Source: Scyliorhinus canicula
Lineage: Eukaryota
DNA: 64,000 bases
Assembly (NCBI RefSeq): GCF_902713615.1
Contig: NC_052160.1
Span: 137,744,737-137,808,736, forward strand
Direction of reading: 5' to 3'
Shown: in pieces, positions 60,420 to 64,000 of the stretch
Numbering within the stretch: the first letter of the stretch is position 1
Layout: the number at the start of each line of letters is the position of its first letter
Notes under the pieces: generated by a model
Seen by the model: the letters and a program-made list of their open reading frames with translations, nothing else
The model's database searches: none
What the model was told of the DNA's origin: nothing
Position numbers and translations under genes: made by a program

Positions 60420-62010
60420 TATTCCTAAGCTTGGATGGAAAATTCCCTGAGGAACGCAGTTTCTTCCAGACTTGCTGTGTTGAGCGCAGATAGGCCTCCG
60501 CTGAATCTGTGGATTGGACGTTCTTCTATGATGTGTTGCATAGTTTGCTCTCTCCCACAGGCACATAGGGGGCTGGCACTAATGCCCCAACTGTGGAGGT
60601 TGGCCAAGCAGGGGCCCTGGCCGGTCCTGAACCTGTTACGGGTGGACCACTCTTTCATTGGAAGGTTGGAACCAGGCAGCCGTTGGGTTGGGTTTGAGAC
60701 CAGCTCATTGCTTTGTCATGTCCAATCATTCCCGTAAATTTTTCCAGTTGGAATTTGCACTGAATTCCTGTGGGAGAGGTTTTTTTCCAGATTGGCCTTT
60801 GATCGGAGTCATGCATTGGGTGGGCTGAACAGGTCAGCATGAAGTGGCAGGTTTGGGGGGCGCATTGTGAACTTTAACCATCATTTTGTGGGGTTTCTGC
60901 AAGTCAGTGGATATGTGGAGGGGTGAGGTTTACCAGGACAGGGAGCCAAGGGAGTGATGTTGAGTGTAGTGTTCCAGTAAAGATACGCATTGTAGCATTC
61001 AGCTATGTTTCAATTGCGTGTGCGTGTGTGTTGATATTGACCAAACAAGGCCACAGTATTCTGCTACGATGAGAGTGGCAAGTGCTGAGGTTAGGAGGGT
61101 GGTGGTAGCAGCACCCCCCCCCCCCCCCCCACTACCCCACAAACCACCCCACCTCATTGAACCGACTACTTTGTTAATCAAGTTGTTTCTGGACTTGACC
61201 TTGGCTGCAGTTGTTTTTAGATGTTCCCAGAGGGTCAGTGTCCTATCAAAGGTCACTCCGAGGTATGGTGGAGCTGGTTGGTGCTGTAACTCACAGCCAT
61301 TCATTTGGATGTTGAGCTCCTTATCGGCTTTTGCATTGTAAAGATGGCATAAGCTGGATGCAGTTTCTGCAGGGCTTGGCTTGAGTCACCATGTGTTGCA
61401 GTATTGTTCAAAATTTTGGCATGTCTTCATTTAGTTTCAGGTCCAGGGTGTTAAGCCAGGGATTTGAATTCATGACAGGTGCCATCGGCCTATGTGAATT
61501 TTCAGGATCTAGTTTTTGGAAGATCGTTTGTGCACAAGTTGAACAGAATTGAAGCCAGTACTGAGCCTAGGGGGGAGTCCATTGCTTTGCCTTTTCAATG
61601 TACTCTTTTCCTGTCCAAGAGAACTCTAAACCTTCGATTGTTCAACAGTGTCCCCTTGCTTTAGTCGCCTGGGTTGGGGAAGCGCCGGGACAGCTTCAGG
61701 AGAAGGTGGTCAGTGTGCCAAATGGTGTTGTAGGCAGCTGTGAGATCGAGGAGCATACTGCCCATCTCCAGGTTTTCCTGAAAGTTGTTTTCAAAGTCAG
61801 TGATAAGGGCTGGAAGCCCCCAGTATTACGGTCCTTGCGGAAACCAACCTGGTCGCACTAAGGACTTCTCCTATGATTGGGGATATGAGCTGAAGGATGA
61901 GGTGCTCAAGTATTTTCTGGAACCAACAAGAGGGAGATTGGACAATAGCTAGCTGCACATGTGGGGTCTTTTCCGGGTTTCGGTAGTGCAATGACTTTTG
62001 CTGTCCGCCA
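60420..62010 (-). mobile_element. Decayed non-LTR retrotransposon of the Ingi/Vingi (I group) type
   Basis: YLGVTFDRTL...KVKSRNNLI...WG...TSALA...AEYC..VW and RFRTGQGPCLANLHSWG...CACGREQTMQHI. Confidence 0.6.
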
Positions 62011-62035
62011 TTTCTTTGGAGCAGTGTTGGAATTT

Positions 62036-63610
62036 TTTATTTTTTTTTAATAATTTTTATTGGAAAATGTTGTATTTATGCAACAACATCGAACCATAAT
62101 AGCAATCATAAACAGTCGCCCCTCCTCAATGAGCAGCACAACATATAAACAACAACTTAAATTAACACAATGTTAAGTTACATAACCATAGAAAAAAATA
62201 GAAACAATAAGGAACACACCCCCCTTACCCCCCTCTCTCCCCCCCCTCTCTCCCCCCCCCCTCTCCCCCCTCTCCCCCATCTTCCCACCCCCCCGGGTTG
62301 CTGCTGCTATTGACCAAGTTACCTATCTTTGAGCCAGGAAGTCCAGGAAAGGCTGCCATCGTTTATAGAACCCTTGTATTGATCCTCTCAGGGCAAATTT
62401 GACCCTCTCCAATTTTATAAATCCCGCCATGTCACTGATCCAGGTCTCCACACTTGGGGGCCTCGCATCCTTCCACTGTAGTAAGATCCTCAGCCAGGCT
62501 ACTAGGGACGCAAAGGCCAGGACACCGGCCTCTTTCGCCTCCTGCACTCCCGGCTCCACCGCAACTCCAAAAATCGCGAGTCCCCACCCTGGTTTGACCC
62601 TGGATCCAACCACCCTCGACACCGTCCCCGCCACCCACTTCCAGAATTCTTCCAGTGCCGGGCATGCCCAGAACATATGGGCATGATTCGCTGGACTCCC
62701 CGAACACCTGGTGCACCTGTCCTCACCCCCAAAGAACAGACTCAGCCTAGTCCCGGACATGTGGGCCCGGTGCAGCACCTTAAATTGGATGAGACTAAGC
62801 CTCGCACATGAAGAGGAAGAGTTGACTCTCTCCAAGGCATCCGCCCAAGTCCCGTCCTCTATCTGCTCCCCAAGTTCCCCCTCCCATTTAACCTTCATCT
62901 CCTCCACTGACGACTCCTCCACCTCCTGCATTACCTTATAAATGTCAGACACCTTCCCCTCTCCGACCCACACCCCCGAAAGTACTCTGTCCATTGCCCC
63001 CCACGAGGGCAGCAAAGGGAACTCCTATCTGTCGCCTAGCAAACGCCTTTACCTGTAAGTATCTGAACATGTTCCCTTGGGGGAGCCCAAATTTATCTTC
63101 CAGTTCCCCCAGGCTCGCAAACCTCCCGCCAATAAACAGGTCCCTCAATTTACTGATGCCCACCCTTTGCCACCCCCTAAATCCCCCATCAGTATTCCCC
63201 GGGATGAACCGATGATTTCCATCTAATGGAGCCTCCATCGAGCCCCCTGTTTCCCCCCTATGCCGTCTCCACTGGCCCCAGATTCTTAGGGTCGCCGCCA
63301 CCACGGGGCTCATGGTATACCTCTTAGGAGAGAGCGGCAACGGCGCCGTTGCCAAGGAACCCAGGCTCGTACCTCTACATGACACCATCTCCATTCTTTT
63401 CCACGCTGCCCCCCCTCCATCACCCATTTACGCACCATTGACACATTGGCCGCCCAATAGTACCCCAAAAGGTTGGGCAGCGCCGGCCCGCCTCTATCCC
63501 TCCCTCGCTCCAGGAAAACCCTCTTCACTCTCGGAGTCCCATGTGCCCACACAAAGCTCAAAATACTGCTAGTCACCCTCCTAAAGTAGGCCCTGGGGAT
63601 GAAGATGGGG
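62036..63610 (-). mobile_element. 5'-truncated L1
   Basis: Poly(T) and TTTATT at 62036-62062; ORFs 62323-63015 and 62945-63427 match the ORF2 C-terminus. Confidence 0.9.
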
Positions 63611-64000
63611 AATTTAGCCTCCCGAGCCCAACACCCTCAATGTGATCGTGGCTGATCCCATCCTGGCCTCAATTCCACTGTCCTGCCCATTCTCCATAAC
63701 CCTTCAACCTAATTAAAAATCTGTCTAACACCTCCTTGGACTCGCACACTGGGGTAGCGAATTCCATAGATACACAGCCCTTTGGGAGAAGTCGTTTTTT
63801 TCCTCAAATCTGTTTTCAATTTGCTACCTCTTATTCTGAGACTATGACCTCTCATTTCAGAATGCCCCACAAGACTAAGCATCCGCTCCACGTCTACTTT
63901 ATCCAGACCGTTTAGCACCTTGTATACCTCAATTAGATCTCCCCTCATTCTTCTAAACTCTGGAGAGTGTAGACCTAAACTGTTCAATCTGTCCTCATAC
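63611..64000 (-). mobile_element. CR1 3' fragment sharing a composite junction with 42610-42700
   Basis: GGGGAATTTA(G/C)CCTCCCGAGCCCAACACCCTCAATGTGATCGTGGCTGATCCCATCCTGGCCTC at both sites; RRMRGDLIEVYK. Confidence 0.7.

Overview
Vertebrate genomic DNA, most likely from a shark. This is inferred from HE1/V-SINE-type SINEs and the CR1, L2, L1 and Penelope repeat complement. The window is repeat-rich and has short N gaps. The host content is a + strand tandem cluster of Ig-superfamily receptor genes of the CD300/pIgR/TREM-related type (skate MDIR-like), largely hidden from the ORF track by splicing. Gene A (3' half only): V-domain D2, stalk, TM and tail exons at 7719-10738. Gene B (complete): leader 14443-14482, D1 21224-21553, D2 25153-25479, stalk 26473-26503, TM 27428-27534, tail 28412-28590, giving a phase-consistent 1014-bp CDS (337 aa). 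Gene C: leader 36920-36959, D1 48091-48417, D2 59197-59523, with no downstream exons seen in the window. The TM carries an Arg (IWTIFRWLLF), and paralog differences cluster in CDR-equivalent loops. Gene B's promoter and leader exon lie between ~1.5-kb inverted repeats that contain a 285-bp near-identical tract. The rest is nested transposons: a Gmr1-like Gypsy split between genes A and C, a Gypsy with a self-complementary primer site, L1s, CR1/L2, Penelope, a Vingi-like LINE, solo LTRs, MITEs/foldbacks and tandem arrays. All alignments and counts were done by eye; repeat boundaries are approximate.
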